DNA of 64,000 bases. Source: Eledone cirrhosa. Taxonomy: Eukaryota. The first letter of the stretch is position 1; every line of letters starts with the position of its first letter. Both the position numbers and the translations under genes were made by a program. The notes beneath the pieces were generated by a model. The model saw only the letters and a program-made list of their open reading frames with translations, ran no database searches and was not told where the DNA came from. The stretch is from NCBI GenBank assembly GCA_964016885.1, contig OZ024742.1, positions 291,152,001 to 291,216,000 on the forward strand, read 5' to 3'. Shown one piece after another: positions 1 through 11,884 of the stretch.

Positions 1-425
1 ACCAACCACATTTACAGTGTGGGACTGGGAGGTTTTTACCGTGTTGCCTACACGGCCACATTACAGCGTGGACTGTGTGTTTTTTTTGTCGTGACACCTA
101 CACGATCTCATTTGTTTCGGCCTGGATGATGTGGCACCAACATAACTTTACATTGAAAGGGGCGGTGTGGATGGGGTGGGGGTGGTGGGACGGGGGTGTA
201 TTTTGTTAGAGATGCCTACTGACTGTAGTAGGTTTTACTTTGTATTTAGGTAAGGCGGGTCTTCTCTATTACTGAGTACCGCCAAAGATCTCAGTCCAGT
301 GACATTGTCTTGGAGAGGTGTAAGTGTGTGAGGTCGGAATTTATCAGGTCATCCCAGGTTTTTCTGGGTCTGCCTACTCCGTGGCTACCATCTATCTTTA
401 TTGCCCTGCACTTTTTTATACAGCT
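1..425 (-). mobile_element. 3' end fragment of RTE-clade LINE (end of ORF + 3'UTR), running off the window start
   Basis: Reverse complement matches the 3' end of the RTE copy at ~30175-30600 (KKCRAIKIDGSHGVGRPRKTWDDLINSDLTHLHLSK); 5'-truncated into a (TA)n tract. Confidence 0.85.
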
Positions 426-477
426 GTCATATATATATATACATATGTATGTATGGGTTATATTGAATATTAATAAT

Positions 478-660
478 AATTGTTTCTACTTTAGGCACAA
501 GGCCAGCAATTACCCAGTGCATTACTGGTACTTTATTTTATTGACCCCGTAAGGATGAAAGGCAAAGTTAACCTCGGCGGGATTTGAACTCAGATCGTAA
601 AGGGACATAACTATGCTGGAAAGCATGGCATCCGACCCTCTACCGGTACTGCCAATCCAC
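478..660 (-). mobile_element. tRNA-derived SINE, family B (ATT tail)
   Basis: ~185 bp repeat with A-box-like TGGCAGTA.CGG and B-box GAGTTCAAATCCC, ending in AGTAGAAACAATTATT; at least 7 copies in the window. Confidence 0.75.
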
Positions 661-1087
661 CATTAATAATAATATTTGATTTGTTTGTAAACAAACGGTC
701 CAATTAAAGCTGTGCCATGCCGATGACAAATCATCATCCGTTTGTTCAACACTGGCATTGAGGAACAATCAACATGTTTCTGGGTCATTACCCTTCATCA
801 AGACTGTATACCTCTGTCAATCTGTTGAACGGTTGAAAATATATAGTATTTTCTTAAGTATACATCAGGCTGAGTATACATCAAGCTGAGTAGCCTCATT
901 TGCATACCGAACAAGTTGCTGAATACTAAAAATAAAATTAGTATTTTATTTCTTGCCCTAGCACAGCTGATACATAAGTGTAAGTATGCATACGTACACA
1001 CATATATATATACACATATCTATATATATATATATACACACACACACACATATATACATATGTACGTATGGGTTATATCAAATATTA

Positions 1088-1272
1088 ATAATTGTTTCTA
1101 CTTTAGGCACAAGGCCAGCAATTATCCAGTACATTACTGGTACTTTATTTTATCGACCCTGTAAGGATGAAAGTAAAGTTAACCTCAGCGGGATTTGAAC
1201 TCAAAATGGCAAGGGCCATAACTCTATACGTCAAAGCATGGCGTCCGACCCTCTACCGATACTGCCAATCCA
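1088..1272 (-). mobile_element. tRNA-derived SINE, family B (part of a local duplication of ~430-715)
   Basis: Same sequence as 478-660, and the flanks are also duplicated. Confidence 0.75.
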
Positions 1273-1532
1273 TCAATAATAATATTTGATTTGTTTGTAA
1301 ACAGCCCGATCAATGCTGTGCTATACTACACACACACAGACACATATATATATATAATCTACAAGCGTATGGTAATTACAGTAGTAGTAATCTATATTCA
1401 CTGTAATTACCATACACTTGTAGATTATATTCTTGTAGAAGTCAGGCATTTATCATCTAAGAAGCATTTACTTGGGATTCTATAATTGTATAATCTAATG
1501 TTCACATTATTTGGAGATTTTATTTTAGGGTA

Positions 1533-1686
1533 GTGGATTGGCAGTATTGGTAGAGAGTCGGACGCCATGCTTTACAGCATAGTAACGTCCCTTTACGGAC
1601 TGAGTTCAAATTCGGGGTCGATAAAATAAAGTACCAGTAATGTACTGGGTAATTGCTGGCCTTGTGCCAAAAGTATAAACAATTAT
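1533..1686 (+). mobile_element. tRNA-derived SINE, family B (internally deleted)
   Basis: GGATTGGCAGTATTGG...TGAGTTCAAATT...CCTTGTGCCAAAAGTATAAACAATTATT. Confidence 0.7.
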
Positions 1687-2146
1687 TTGGAGATTTTATC
1701 CTAGTTGTACAATTTTCCTGATTAGAAAAAATTGATGAATTGGATATGAGGTGTTTGGGATAGTTTTGGTTTAAGATTGAATTATTTACATCTTTAATTT
1801 TACTACTAATTCTAGGTATTAGGCAATCTTGGCATCAAACTACATCATTACTCTCGAGTCTCAAATAATAGTGGGGGCAGTGGTGGAATAAGCGGCTATG
1901 TGTGGATAATCGATAATTTTTCTAGGTGTCTCTGTTGATTTTTTTAAAAGACAGAATTAGTTGTTTAGTTTACATCTTGAAACCCTAACCCATCCCATTT
2001 ATTTTATAATGTATGGGATTTCTAGTAATGTACATTTTTTGTTATGTATAATGTTTTTTAATGTTTAAATAATTGTTAAAGTTCTTGTTGTTATGTATGG
2101 TCTTAATAATTGATAATTAATCATTTCCAGTTGTTTACAGATGCAT

Positions 2147-2380
2147 GTTCACATTGCTCCAGTTTACTCAGCTGTAGAAATGAGATGATAGGGACTGGGG
2201 TCCCTATCATTCCACTGTAAAGTGGTCGTGGAGGTGCCACGGCAAAAAAGCACCCAGCACTCACTGTAAATGAGGTTGGTGTTAGGAAGGGCATCCAGCT
2301 GTAGAAATCAAGCCAGAATCAGTTCCCGTCCCACCCTTGCAAGCAGGGAAAAGTGGACGTAAAATGAGATGAGATGAGAT
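2147..2380 (+). mobile_element. CORE-type SINE (family A), 5'-truncated
   Basis: Near-identical to ~7725-7945; CORE-like segment followed by an RTE-derived tail. Confidence 0.75.
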
Positions 2381-2747
2381 GTACCATTGTAACTGTATTG
2401 AAATGGGCATAGAAATAAAAGAATGAATTTAAGTTGTTAACCTTGGTCTTTTGTCATATTAATTATATATATATACATATGCCAGAATCAGTTCCTGTAT
2501 GAGCAAGACAAGGTAAGCCGACCGGACACTGCCCACAGCAGGACAACCCGTCTAACCCATGCAAGCATGGAAGAACGGACGTAAAACGGTGATGATGATG
2601 ATGATGATATGCATGTGTGTGTGTATCTCGGGTTCAATTGGGGGTAACCACAGTAAGTAAGGTACTCAATACATCGTAGAGTATAAATGTTTAATACAGA
2701 ACTGTTTCATTTTCTTTGAATGAAGCAGTTCTAGTCCTGTAGAAGCC

Positions 2748-2749
<2 letters not shown>

Positions 2750-2784
<35 letters not shown>

Positions 2785-3116
2785 GATAAATCTACCAAAA
2801 GTTTACGGTAGTGTCCAATCCGTATGAAGAACTCAATGTAATCCGGATATCATGTCAAATGGAAAGAAGAGATGCATTCAAAAAATCACTTTCGGTGAAA
2901 GATAAACGGAATACAGAGTCATGTGTGTGTGTGTGGTTGTGTGTATATATACATGGGTATGTGTGTGTATGTATATATATGTATATGTATGTGCGTGTGT
3001 GTATATATATGTGTGTATATATATGTGTGTATATATATATGTATATATATATATATATGTATGTGTATGTATGTGTGTATGTGTGTGTACATATATGTAT
3101 ATATGTGTGTTGTGTG

Positions 3117-3147
<31 letters not shown>

Positions 3148-3660
3148 CGGTGTGTATTTATATGTATGAGTATATGTTTTACTTGTTTTTATGTATATGC
3201 ATACAAACAGGTTAATATGCGTGAGGTTAAGTATGTGTATGTGTGTGTGTGTGTACGTATGTATGTATCGAACGTATGGATGTGTAAATGTGCGTATGTA
3301 TATAAGCATGTATATTTTATGTCTCTCTTTTATGTTTTTTTATGTTTTTATTATATTTCTTTTATTATATTTCTTTTTATTTCTAACTTTATAGATACAT
3401 TTTTATAAATATGCTGAGTTTGACACTCTCCTTTAATTACTTACTCCCTTACCTCCTTTTAATTCTGCATCTAAATGTAAGTGTGTGTGGCCGTGTTTAT
3501 GTGTGCGCCTCAATATCCATATAGTTATAATAATAATATATACGTATGTGTGTGTGTGTGTGTGTATATATGTGTGTGTTTGTGTATATATGCGTGTGTG
3601 TGTATGAATGTATGTATATGTGTGTATATATGTATGTATATATATATATATATATATGTA
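2750..3660. repeat. Compound (TA)n/(TG)n microsatellite region
   Basis: Directly visible; the ORFs here are low-complexity artefacts. Confidence 0.9.
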
Positions 3661-4552
3661 TGTATATTTTGTCTGTGGATTATAAACATACAGAGACATT
3701 AGCCCTAAATTTTTATATTTACATGCACTTTTTCGACATGCGTATGCATGTGAACATACATTTTTATGCATATCTGTGAACGAAGTTACTTACATATATA
3801 CACACACCTAACTGTATTTTCTTGATGAATTTTTATGTATTTCATTGGTCTATTTAAAATCTGTTCCCAAACAGACCTGTAATTTTGAATTGTTGTTATT
3901 ATCAATAAATATACTTCATTATTTCTGAAGACAGCATATATATGTGATGGTATGTATATTCTCCTTGATAGTTTGTATAATTTTGTACATAGATCTTTTG
4001 AATATGCATGCCAATTCTAACACATATATGTCCTAGAAACGATCGTTAAATAATGAACTTTTTTTGTTTAATATAAGGAACTGTTTCTTTGTTTTATTCA
4101 TTATTTTTTTAATATTTTATATATATATATATATATGTAAAAGGTAAACCGAAATAACAACACAATCGGTACAGTATATGGAAGGAATATATTAGGTTAA
4201 CGCTTGAAATAGCAGGAAGTAGGTCTTAACATTTCGGACGCAAGACCTCAGAAGAAAGAATGATAAATTAGAAAGATTGAAGGGATGGGTGGGGTGGAAT
4301 TCGAAAAATGTTTTTAGAAAAAATAACAAGTCCATTCATGTATTCCTGTTGCCATCTCATGGAAAACTGTTGATGCTGGCGTTTCGTGTATGATATACTT
4401 TTTTAGAAATGTGGATGATATATATGTATATATATGTATATATATATATATAGGTATTGAAATTTCCGTTGAAAACAGAAAAGGTCATAGAAGTGAAGAG
4501 TGCTCTATGTAAGTATCAGAGCAAAAATTAATGTATAAAAATCAATACAATA

Positions 4553-4634
4553 TAATTACCTCATTACCAGAGGTTTCCCGAATGAGGCGAATACGAAAGA
4601 AACGTCTTCATTCGTTCGTCAGACGAGGCAATAT
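4553..4634 (-). ncRNA. Type I hammerhead ribozyme motif (Penelope-like terminal repeat)
   Basis: Minus strand: TTGCCTCGT-CTGACGA-a-CGAATGA..TCATTCG-g-GAAA-CC-TCT-GG-TA^ATGAGGTAA; 9-bp stem I, stem II, short stem III, GUA cleavage triplet; non-canonical A.G at 10.1/11.1. Confidence 0.6.
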
Positions 4635-4655
4635 AAGGCTTCTTTGGTTTATTTT

Positions 4656-4709
<54 letters not shown>

Positions 4710-4721
4710 CATATTATATAT

Positions 4722-4789
<68 letters not shown>

Positions 4790-4824
4790 ATAAAAAATAA
4801 ACCAAAGAAGCCTTCAATACATCA

Positions 4825-5792
4825 AAAGTCTTTATTAGCCAACAATGTTTCGTCCTATTAAGGACTCATCAGGGCAAGTAAAGCTACAAGAAGCACTATC
4901 GGCCAATACAAGCCAAAAACTCAGAAGAATATGGAGTATACATCTATTAAAGCTTAGGAAAGATATCAAGGAAAAGTTTGCTAAGATTAAGAGTGAGCAG
5001 TTACAAACATAGATAAAGACCAAATAGCAAGGAAGTGATTAACATGTTGAACCCACATTGTAAATATTGTATAATGCAAAAACTTGAAACACAAATGGTA
5101 ATATATTGCGAGACTTACAGTACGATATAGAATATAATATAATATAATAGATGGTGATAATAAAAAGCTTAATGTATGTATATATATATATATATATCTT
5201 TATACATATACACATGAATTATATATTATATTTTATTTTTATTTTTATCTTTATTCTTATTTTTATTTTTATTATATTATACTGTAAACAATATATATAT
5301 ATTGTTATACTTTGGGAGGGTCATGTTGCCAATAATATATATATATATATTTAAATATATATATATATATATTTAAATACTTAATAAGTGTTAGTTTGTA
5401 TTTGTACTAATATGTATATGTATAGATATATATATATACATACATTAAGCTTTTTATTATCACCATCTATTATATTATATTATATTCTATATCGTACTGT
5501 AAGTCTCGCATTATATTACCATTTGTGTTTCAAGTTTTTGCATTATACAATATTTACAATGTGGGTTCAACATGTTAATCACTTCCTTGCTATTTGGTCT
5601 TTATCTATGTTTGTAACTGCTCACTCTTAATCTTAGCAAACTTTTCCTTGATATCTTTCCTAAGCTTTAATAGATGTATACTCCATATTCTTCTGAGTTT
5701 TTGGCTTGTATTGGCCGATAGTGCTTCTTGTAGCTTTACTTGCCCTGATGAGTCCTTAATAGGACGAAACATTGTTGGCTAATAAAGACTTT
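4825..5792. repeat. ~350 bp near-perfect inverted repeat (arms ~4825-5180 and ~5435-5792), each arm ending in a hammerhead motif + AATAAA; Penelope-like pseudo-LTR structure
   Basis: The same 62-aa ORF appears on opposite strands (4835-5023 - and 5594-5782 +); hammerhead GCC-CTGATGA-GTCCT-TAAT-AGGAC-GAAAC-ATT-GTT^GGC at 5742-5779, mirrored at ~4838-4875. Confidence 0.8.
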
Positions 5793-5909
5793 GGTTTATT
5801 TTTTATAATTCTTCGGCTCTGTTTCATTACATTGAGCTATATCTTATACTGTCATTTCTATAATATGAAGAAGGTGTTTAACTCCAACACACTCTAGTAT
5901 TTTAATTCT

Positions 5910-5940
<31 letters not shown>

Positions 5941-5957
5941 CTGTGTGTATATATATA

Positions 5958-7082
5958 TCATCATCATCACCGTTTTACGTCCGTTCTTCCACGCTAGCAT
6001 GGGTTAGACGGGTTGTCCTGTTGTGAGCAGTGTCTGGTCGGCTGACCATGCCTTGCTCATACAGGAACTGATTTGGTTTGATTTCTACAGCTGGATGCCC
6101 TTCCTAACACCAACCTCATTTACAGTGAGTGCTGGGTGCTTTTTCGTGGCGCCTACACGTCCACTTTACAGTGTGGGCTGGGTGCTTTTTTGTCGTGGCA
6201 CCTCCACGGCCACCTTGCAGTGTGGGGGTGTGGGGGCATATTGTCTATATACTTCAGCTTGTACCCATGGGAGGTCAGGTACTCTGTATTACTGCGTGAC
6301 GCCAGAGGTCACGGTCATGTGTTATTGCCTTTGAGAGGTGTAATTGGGTAAGGTCGGCTTTTATCACCTCATCCCAGGTCATCTTGGGTCTCCCCACTCC
6401 GCGGTTTCCATCGACTTCTCGTGCTCTGCACCTTTTTATGCAGCTGTCATCCTTCATACGCATCACATGTCCATACCAGCGCAACCGCCTCTCCTGCACA
6501 CAGCATTTGATTCCTCTTATGCTCAGTCTCTCTCTCAATTCATTTATGCTTTGTCGTTCACGTATATTACTGTTACACATCCATCGGAGCATGCAGGCTT
6601 CATTTCTCTCTAATCTACGTAAGTCTTCCACCTTCAGCGCCCAGGTCTCACTACCATGCAACATCGCTGTTCGGATACATGCATCATACAGTCTGCCTTT
6701 CATTCTGAGGGAGAAGCCTTTTGCAGCTAGCAGTGGTAGTAGTTCCCTAAACTTTTTCCATCCCGTTCTTACCCTAGTTATTGTACTTTCTGAACACCCA
6801 CCTCCGCTGCTAATTCGGTCACCTAGGTAGCAGAAGCTGTCTACTGTTTCTACAGAGCCCTCCCAGAGATTGGTGGTACTTGTTTCCTGTGGCTGTTTGC
6901 TGCTTGCTGTCCCAGCACAACTGCTGCATGTGAAGCCTACATTCTTAATTAAGCTTCCTGAGATCCCGCTACATCTTTTGTGTACCCATTGTTTGCATTT
7001 GGGGCAGAGAATGGAGTTCCTACCTACACCTTTCCTACATACTGAGCAAGGCCATTTCCCTGAGGGGATCTGGGTTCTGTAC

Positions 7083-7083
<1 letters not shown>
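5958..7083 (-). mobile_element. 5'-truncated RTE-clade LINE (C-terminal RT region with Cys/His finger, 3'UTR, (GAT)n tail)
   Basis: ORF 6275-7084: CSVCRKGVG...[44 protein letters not shown], all typical of RTE ORF C-termini. Confidence 0.9.
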
Positions 7084-7128
<45 letters not shown>

Positions 7129-7129
7129 C

Positions 7130-7199
<70 letters not shown>

Positions 7200-7201
<2 letters not shown>

Positions 7202-7615
7202 CCTGGTTGATCCTGCCAGTAGTCATATGCTTGTCTCAAAGCTTAAGCCATGCAAGTGTAAGTTCATGCCGTAAACGAATGGTGAAACCGCGAATGGCTC
7301 AGGAACCGGACCTAATCCTCGGGACCGTATTCCTCACCGCGAGGAGAGTGGATAACTGTGGCAATTCTAGAGCTAATACATGCAACTGAGGCCGCGATCG
7401 CAGGTCGCACCCGGGAGTCGGGTTACAAACGCGCTCAGCGTTCCATCGCTGTCGTCGTTCCGTCTTCCCGCGCGGTCCCAACAGATCGCGTCGACACGGT
7501 CGGCCTTCGCATTGGTCGCGGCGCAAATATTAGACTGAGACCGACGACGCGTCAGATGCCGTCAGCGCCGTTCGCAGTTCGCTGCGTGCCGGTTGCGCGG
7601 TGTCGCGCATTCTAA
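7200..7615 (+). pseudogene. 18S rRNA 5' fragment (dispersed pseudogene, ~415 nt)
   Basis: Starts with the universal eukaryotic 18S 5' end TACCTGGTTGATCCTGCCAGTAGTCATATGCTTGTCTCAAAG; also GGATAACTGTGGCAATTCTAGAGCTAATACATGC; GC-rich expansion segments; no ETS upstream and no remainder of 18S downstream. Confidence 0.92.
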
Positions 7616-7616
7616 T

Positions 7617-7950
7617 GGAGGCACATGGCTTAGTGGTTAGAGCATTGGCCTTGCAATCGAAAGGTTGTGAGTTCAATTCTCAGACCTGGTGATGTGTTGT
7701 TTCCTTGAGCAAGACACTTTATTTCACATTGCTCCAGTTTACTCAGCTGTAGAAATGAGATGATAGGGACTGGGGTCCATATCATTCCACTGTAAAGTGG
7801 TCGTGGAGGTGCCACGGCAAAAAAGCACCCAGCACTCACTGTAAATGAGGTTGGTGTTAGGAAGGGCATCCAGCTGTAGAAATCAAGCCAGAATCAGTTC
7901 CCATCCCACCCTTGCAAGCAGGGAAAAGCGGACGTAAAATGAATGAAATG
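7617..7950 (+). mobile_element. Full-length tRNA-derived CORE-SINE (family A) with RTE-derived 3' tail
   Basis: A-box TGGCTTAGTGG, B-box GAGTTCAATTCT, CORE-like CCTTGAGCAAGACACTT...CAGTTTACTCAGCTGTAGAAATGAG, 3' segment shared with the RTE 3'UTR at ~24470-24620. Confidence 0.8.
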
Positions 7951-7952
7951 AA

Positions 7953-7983
<31 letters not shown>

Positions 7984-8353
7984 CACATATATATATCATC
8001 ACCATTTAACATCTGTTTTCATTGTTGTATATACATCAGGGTCTTCTGCAGTTTCTGTCTACCAAATATCACTCACAAAGCATTGGTCAACCCACAGCTG
8101 TAGACTTGCTAAAGACACCACCACACAGTGGGAGTGAACTCGATACCACATGGTTGCAAGCTGAACTTCTTAACTATACAACCATATCTACATATATTTA
8201 GATAAAAATATTTTATTACTGTATTTTTAGCATACATTGCAGTATAGCTATTCATCTTCATTTAAAATTAATATTACAATGGTATAAATTCATAATTATC
8301 ATCTAAAATTAATATTTTAAATACATTTTAATACATTCTTTTTTGTTTTTCAG

Positions 8354-8369
8354 ACGAAATTACTTCCAG
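8354..8369 (+). CDS. Astacin-MAM protease gene, candidate 16-nt micro-exon (TKLLP-E)
   Basis: Polypyrimidine tract + CAG acceptor and GTATGT donor; phase compatible with the next exon; no homology evidence. Confidence 0.45.
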
Positions 8370-8445
8370 GTATGTCTTGGATATTTTTTACTTACTCTCT
8401 ATATTTTACTATGTTATACTAATATATATTAATATACTGTGAAAA

Positions 8446-8640
8446 TGTGTGGCTTAGTGGTTAGAGCGTTTGACTCATGATTGTAAGGTCATAAGTTTGA
8501 TTACTAGCAGTGAGTTGTGTACTTGAGTAAGATACTCTCATTCATGTTGCTCTAGTCCACTCAGATGGCAAAGATGAGATATATTTGTAATCAAAAGAAC
8601 CAGCCTTGTCATCTTAGTGGTGCATATGCCTGTGGTATAA
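8446..8640 (+). mobile_element. Degenerate CORE-SINE
   Basis: TGGCTTAGTGGTTAGAGCG head and a decayed CORE-like segment. Confidence 0.55.
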
Positions 8641-9036
8641 GAACATAATGATAACTAAAACAGATTATTTTTCAGTCAACATTACAAATTCTTTATAATT
8701 ATTACAGAATGAAAATATAAACACAAATATAGACACATATAATAAATATAATTAATTATTGCTCACAAATATAATGCACACAAATATATGATCAAAGTAA
8801 GAGAAAAAGAAAAAGTAAGAAAAAATATATGATCAAAGCAAGAGAAATAGAAAAGAAAAAAAAAAATGTATAATGTTATCGTGATGCTCAGAAGTTTTTC
8901 TCAAGGAGATTTCTCTCTCCTACGATTTATTTATATTTTTAATGTCTCTGACGATACAAATGAGATATGAAAGTATGCGTAAATGTTGATTATTCAGTTT
9001 TATGCTTGCATCTTAGTATATGGATTTACTTCTATA

Positions 9037-9250
9037 GTTTACTCAGCTGTAGAAATGAGATGATAGGACTGGGGTCCCTATCATTCCACTGCAAAGTGGT
9101 TGTGTAGGTGCCACGGAAAAAAGCACCCAGCACTCACTGTAAGGTGGACGTGTAGGTGCCACGGGAAAAAGCACCCAGCACTCACTGTAAATGAGGTTGG
9201 TGTTAGGAAGGGCATCCAGCTGTAGAAATCAAGGCAGAATCAGTTCCTGA
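9037..9250 (+). mobile_element. CORE-SINE family A, 3' part
   Basis: Matches ~7737-7900 with an internal tandem repeat. Confidence 0.7.
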
Positions 9251-9895
9251 TTGTTGAATCACAATAACCAACACACACACACATACACAGATACAGACAC
9301 AGACACACACACAGAAAACCATGTCCAATCAAAATACACAATGATTATCTCCCTTTCAAAACCTCTCTAATACCTAAGATACCCACTGACCAGCATTTCC
9401 CCAAAATGGCTGACTGGACATACACATGCTTTTTCAACCAAAAATTATTTTTTGTTCCTGCTTCTTCTTACTCTATCTTTCTATTTCTCATTCTATCTTC
9501 TGACAAAGGACTAGTGTCCGAAACGTTAATACTCTTTTCCTACTTTATCAAGTCTCAAACTAATATATTTTTTCATTGAACTGTATTATTTGCTTTATTA
9601 TTTCCATTTAATTTATATGTGTGTGTGTGTGTTAGGTAATTCCGAAGAAAAAGCATTGGAAAAAAGAGTGCTCTATGTATAAAATAGGCAAATATCAAGA
9701 TTTGTAGATCTGTCAAACCTACATATATGTATCCTTGAAAATATGAATTTGATAATTGATAAAACAACATGATAACTAATGCTAATTACAGTTAATTAAT
9801 TACAAAAATATTTGAAGTAAATTTTGCCTTCTTTATACTTAATTTCATAAATGATAGAATGTTGTCTAAATGTGATTCATATTTAACATTTTCAG

Positions 9896-9928
9896 AATTC
9901 GACCCTAAATATCCTGAAGAGGTTCCTG
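9896..9928 (+). CDS. Astacin-MAM protease exon (propeptide, E-FDPKYPEEVP-G)
   Basis: TTTCAG acceptor, GTAAGT donor, 33 nt phase 1-1, joins in frame to the GMFQGDI exon. Confidence 0.7.
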
Positions 9929-10229
9929 GTAAGTTATTTTCATTAGTGTTATTTTCATTGCATGCTGTCACTGCATTACTGAGCAAATGTCTGTGTGTCT
10001 GGGGAATGTGCAGTTGCAAACATTGTTCAAGTGAATGGGCCTGCCTTGAGTATACACCTGTAGATTGGAGAACAACAACTGTGAGGGAGCACTTGCTCTA
10101 GCGATCAGGATGGCCATGGCTTTTTGTGGGTTTTCTCCACGAGTGAAAAAGCCCACAAAAAGTCATGATGCAATGAGTTTTGCTTTCCCAAAATTACATT
10201 GACGATGCTCTTCACAAAATGTGGGTAGT

Positions 10230-11010
10230 ACTAGTTAGTATGATTTTCTGAATTTCTTTTATAGAAAGTTTACCTGGTATATGATCCAAGAATTTGTCAG
10301 TTCATTTGTTTATCAGGCCCAGTACTTTAAGTGTAACTGGAATAGTTATGGTTTTCATACACCACATTTTAAAAATCTGTTTAAAAATCCCTGTACTTTC
10401 AAATTCTTTTTCAAATATCTTAAAAGGCACATTGCAATCAACTGGTACTGCCTTGTCTATCAAGAAGCACATTTTGTTGTTTTTATCTTTTATTATAATA
10501 TCTGGTCTGTTTGCTTTGATTGACCTGTCAGTGTGAATTGTGAAATACCTCGGTATTAGATCATTACCAATTTCACTTACTGGATCTGGATGATGTTGAT
10601 ACCAGCTTTTTGTTGTTTCCTTTCCATAAAATTTGCATATTTCCAGTAGATGTACTGCCCCACGTTGTCATGTCTATATTTATATTCAGGTGGTGCTAAT
10701 GTGGTTCAGGCAGATATTAGGTGATCCACTGTTTCAGCATTTCTGTTGTAGAAATCATTATTTTTTTCACAATGTTTACCTGATAATATTTTACGGCAAG
10801 GCATAGGTCTTGTGTAGCTAGTTTGAAGCCTTCCTTCTGTTTTGGCATTCAGTCCTGAATTGCACATCCATTGATGGCTCTGGGTTTTGTTTACATCAAC
10901 TTGTATGATTCAAGTCCATGTAGAGGTTTATTTCACCATTTTGGCCATGTAGAGGTTTATTTCACCATTTTGTTTTCATCTGCTCAAATGTGTTAATAAA
11001 TATCTTCTCC
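10230..11010 (-). mobile_element. Degenerate R4/Dong-like non-LTR fragment (restriction-like endonuclease region)
   Basis: Minus-strand remnants ETVDHLISA..LAPPEYKYRHDNVGQYIYWK resemble the C-terminus of 62044-62703. Confidence 0.55.
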
Positions 11011-11421
11011 ACCACTAATTAAAATGGAAATCTCTGTTACTAATTATCAAATTATAATCCAGCTTCATTAATTCCAAAGATTTCTCAAGTAAATACCAGG
11101 GTTTATCTGGCTGCTTCCTCTTTACACCAGTCGCCATCAAGATCTCAGACGTCTTTGGACCCCAGACAACTGACCTCTTCCATAAAATTGGAATGACAGC
11201 AGTCCATCTGAAAGGAGCCCTGTATAGTGGGGTGGCTGTTGCAGTGTGTGTTACTGGCCATTGTTGAAACACCATTCTGACTTAGGTGTAGTGTCAATCA
11301 CCCTCTCCCCTTCTGCATTTCTTTCTTCCTTCGTCTAGTAGTCCTAGCTCTTCCCCTCCTTTTCTTCTCATTTATAACATTTCTCCAGATTAATTCTCAT
11401 AAACTATTTCTTGTTATCCAG

Positions 11422-11465
11422 GAATGTTCCAAGGTGATATTGATCTCGAAGGACATAACCCTTTT
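11422..11465 (+). CDS. Astacin-MAM protease exon (propeptide G-MFQGDIDLEGHNPF)
   Basis: FxGDI is the conserved astacin propeptide (aspartate-switch) motif; CAG/GTAAGT splice sites. Confidence 0.85.
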
Positions 11466-11884
11466 GTAAGTATTCAATATTTTGTGGTAACCATGCAGTT
11501 GAGCAAGATGATCTCATAATAAAGATATACTCTTGGGTCCCAAATAATAGGGGGATGGGGGTGGAATAAGTGGGGTGGGAGGTTGGTTGGAAAATTGGTA
11601 ATTATTCTAGGTAGTCCTCATTGATTTTTTTAAAAACCAGAATTAGTAATTTAGTTTACATATTGAGACATCAGCCCAACCTATTTATTTCATAACATAT
11701 GGGATTCCTAGTAATGTACTTTTTTGTCATGTTTTTGATGTATAAAGACAATTAATTGTCGAAGAAATGCTATCACTTAAAATAAAGAGAGGACGCTTTA
11801 GTCATGTCAAAGATATAACTGTCCAAGTGCTTGTGCCAGGAGAAAATGCACTTGGTACACTCTGTAAAGTGGTAGCATTGATAA

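Noticed and set aside
2811-3779. Numerous YI/CV/HT-rich ORFs (also at 4531, 7024-7226, 23006, 28682-29203, 37481-37955, 43678-44094)
   Set aside because: Translations of (TA)n/(TG)n microsatellites with no coding signal
7200-7615. Functional rDNA unit or contaminant contig
   Set aside because: Only the first ~415 nt are present, embedded between host microsatellite and a host SINE
7617-7692. tRNA gene
   Set aside because: The tRNA-like head continues into CORE and LINE-tail sequence shared with other copies, and I could not form a clean acceptor stem; it is a SINE head
1-8353. Signal-peptide/first exon of the astacin gene
   Set aside because: No convincing ATG + hydrophobic segment + donor found by eye; it may lie upstream of the window
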